A stretch of DNA of 64,000 bases from Octopus vulgaris (lineage: Eukaryota), in the NCBI GenBank assembly GCA_951406725.2, contig OX597840.1, positions 14,260,001 through 14,324,000 on the forward strand. Reading direction: 5' to 3'. The notes under the pieces were generated by a model. It was not told the DNA's origin. It ran no database searches and saw only the letters and a list, made by a program, of their open reading frames with translations. Shown here piece by piece: positions 63,263 through 64,000 of the stretch (position 1 is the first letter of the stretch; each line of letters begins with the position of its first letter). A program made the translations under genes and the position numbers.

Positions 63263-64000
63263 TGTAATTCCTAAAGGTTTCATGCACACAGCCTTATTTG
63301 GCTAACTTATGAATGAACTACACCTCCCCCACAAAATAATGAAAATAATTTGTTCCTTCCCACTATTTATTAATGGCAAAACAAAATACAATTTACCTCT
63401 GTATAATTCTTGTTTCGTTGTCATGAATTCTTGTTTCGTATATGAAACAAGTTTAAGTTTAAACTATCTTAAGTTTTATTAAACATGACAATTTTATTTT
63501 CTGCCCCCATTTCAATCCTCATAGGCTTCATTGGTGGGGGCAGGGTCCACATCTTCTCTGCAAGAACCATTGTTTTAACAGGAATCATGGATTATCTACT
63601 GCTGAGAAGTGTGATCAGCATTTGTGTCACAAGCCACCCACATGATCCATGATGTCCTAAGCCATTTGTTATATATCAGCACTATCTTCATTAACCGTTA
63701 TCTGGCCATATTACTCATTAGATACATCATTTATATTTTCTAATTAAATTTGTAATTAACGAAGAATTTGGAAGGATTTACTAAAACAACGTTTTCATTA
63801 TTAAACTGGTGTTTGGGAGATATTTTATAGCAGTTATGATTTAATTCAATTTAATTTAAGATATGGATATTTTAAAATTGTCATTTTATATCAAAGAGAA
63901 AAAAACAGCTTCTGATTGGTTGCTGGCAAAGAAATTTTGTGATAAAAGTTGATAAAACTGTTGTTTGTTGCAATATTTTAAAACGTATTTAATCAAATCT

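Overview
AT-rich, repeat-dense eukaryotic DNA. It is probably cephalopod (Octopus-like), inferred from recalled SINE/RTE/microsatellite families and not verified by search. Only one protein-coding exon is convincing: a GC-rich + strand exon (24974-25709, AG/GT bounded) encoding a low-complexity N-terminus, one transmembrane helix and an LCNWC-basic motif like the N-terminus of synaptotagmin-7. The rest looks intronic or intergenic. It holds many tRNA-derived SINEs of several modular families, 5'-truncated RTE LINE ends, R4/Dong-clade LINE remnants and a (TAA)n-embedded non-coding companion element. It also holds decayed mariner transposons, piggyBac-, hAT- and Merlin/Mutator-like MITEs, two Helitron-like elements and abundant microsatellites. 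The most unusual signals are minimal type I hammerhead-ribozyme motifs with palindromic stem III (one intact at 34592-34626, one inside a long inverted repeat at 6926-7013) and a recurrent set of long foldback palindromes. Nearly all ORFs in the supplied track are microsatellite or SINE artefacts. Repeat boundaries were read by eye and are approximate.
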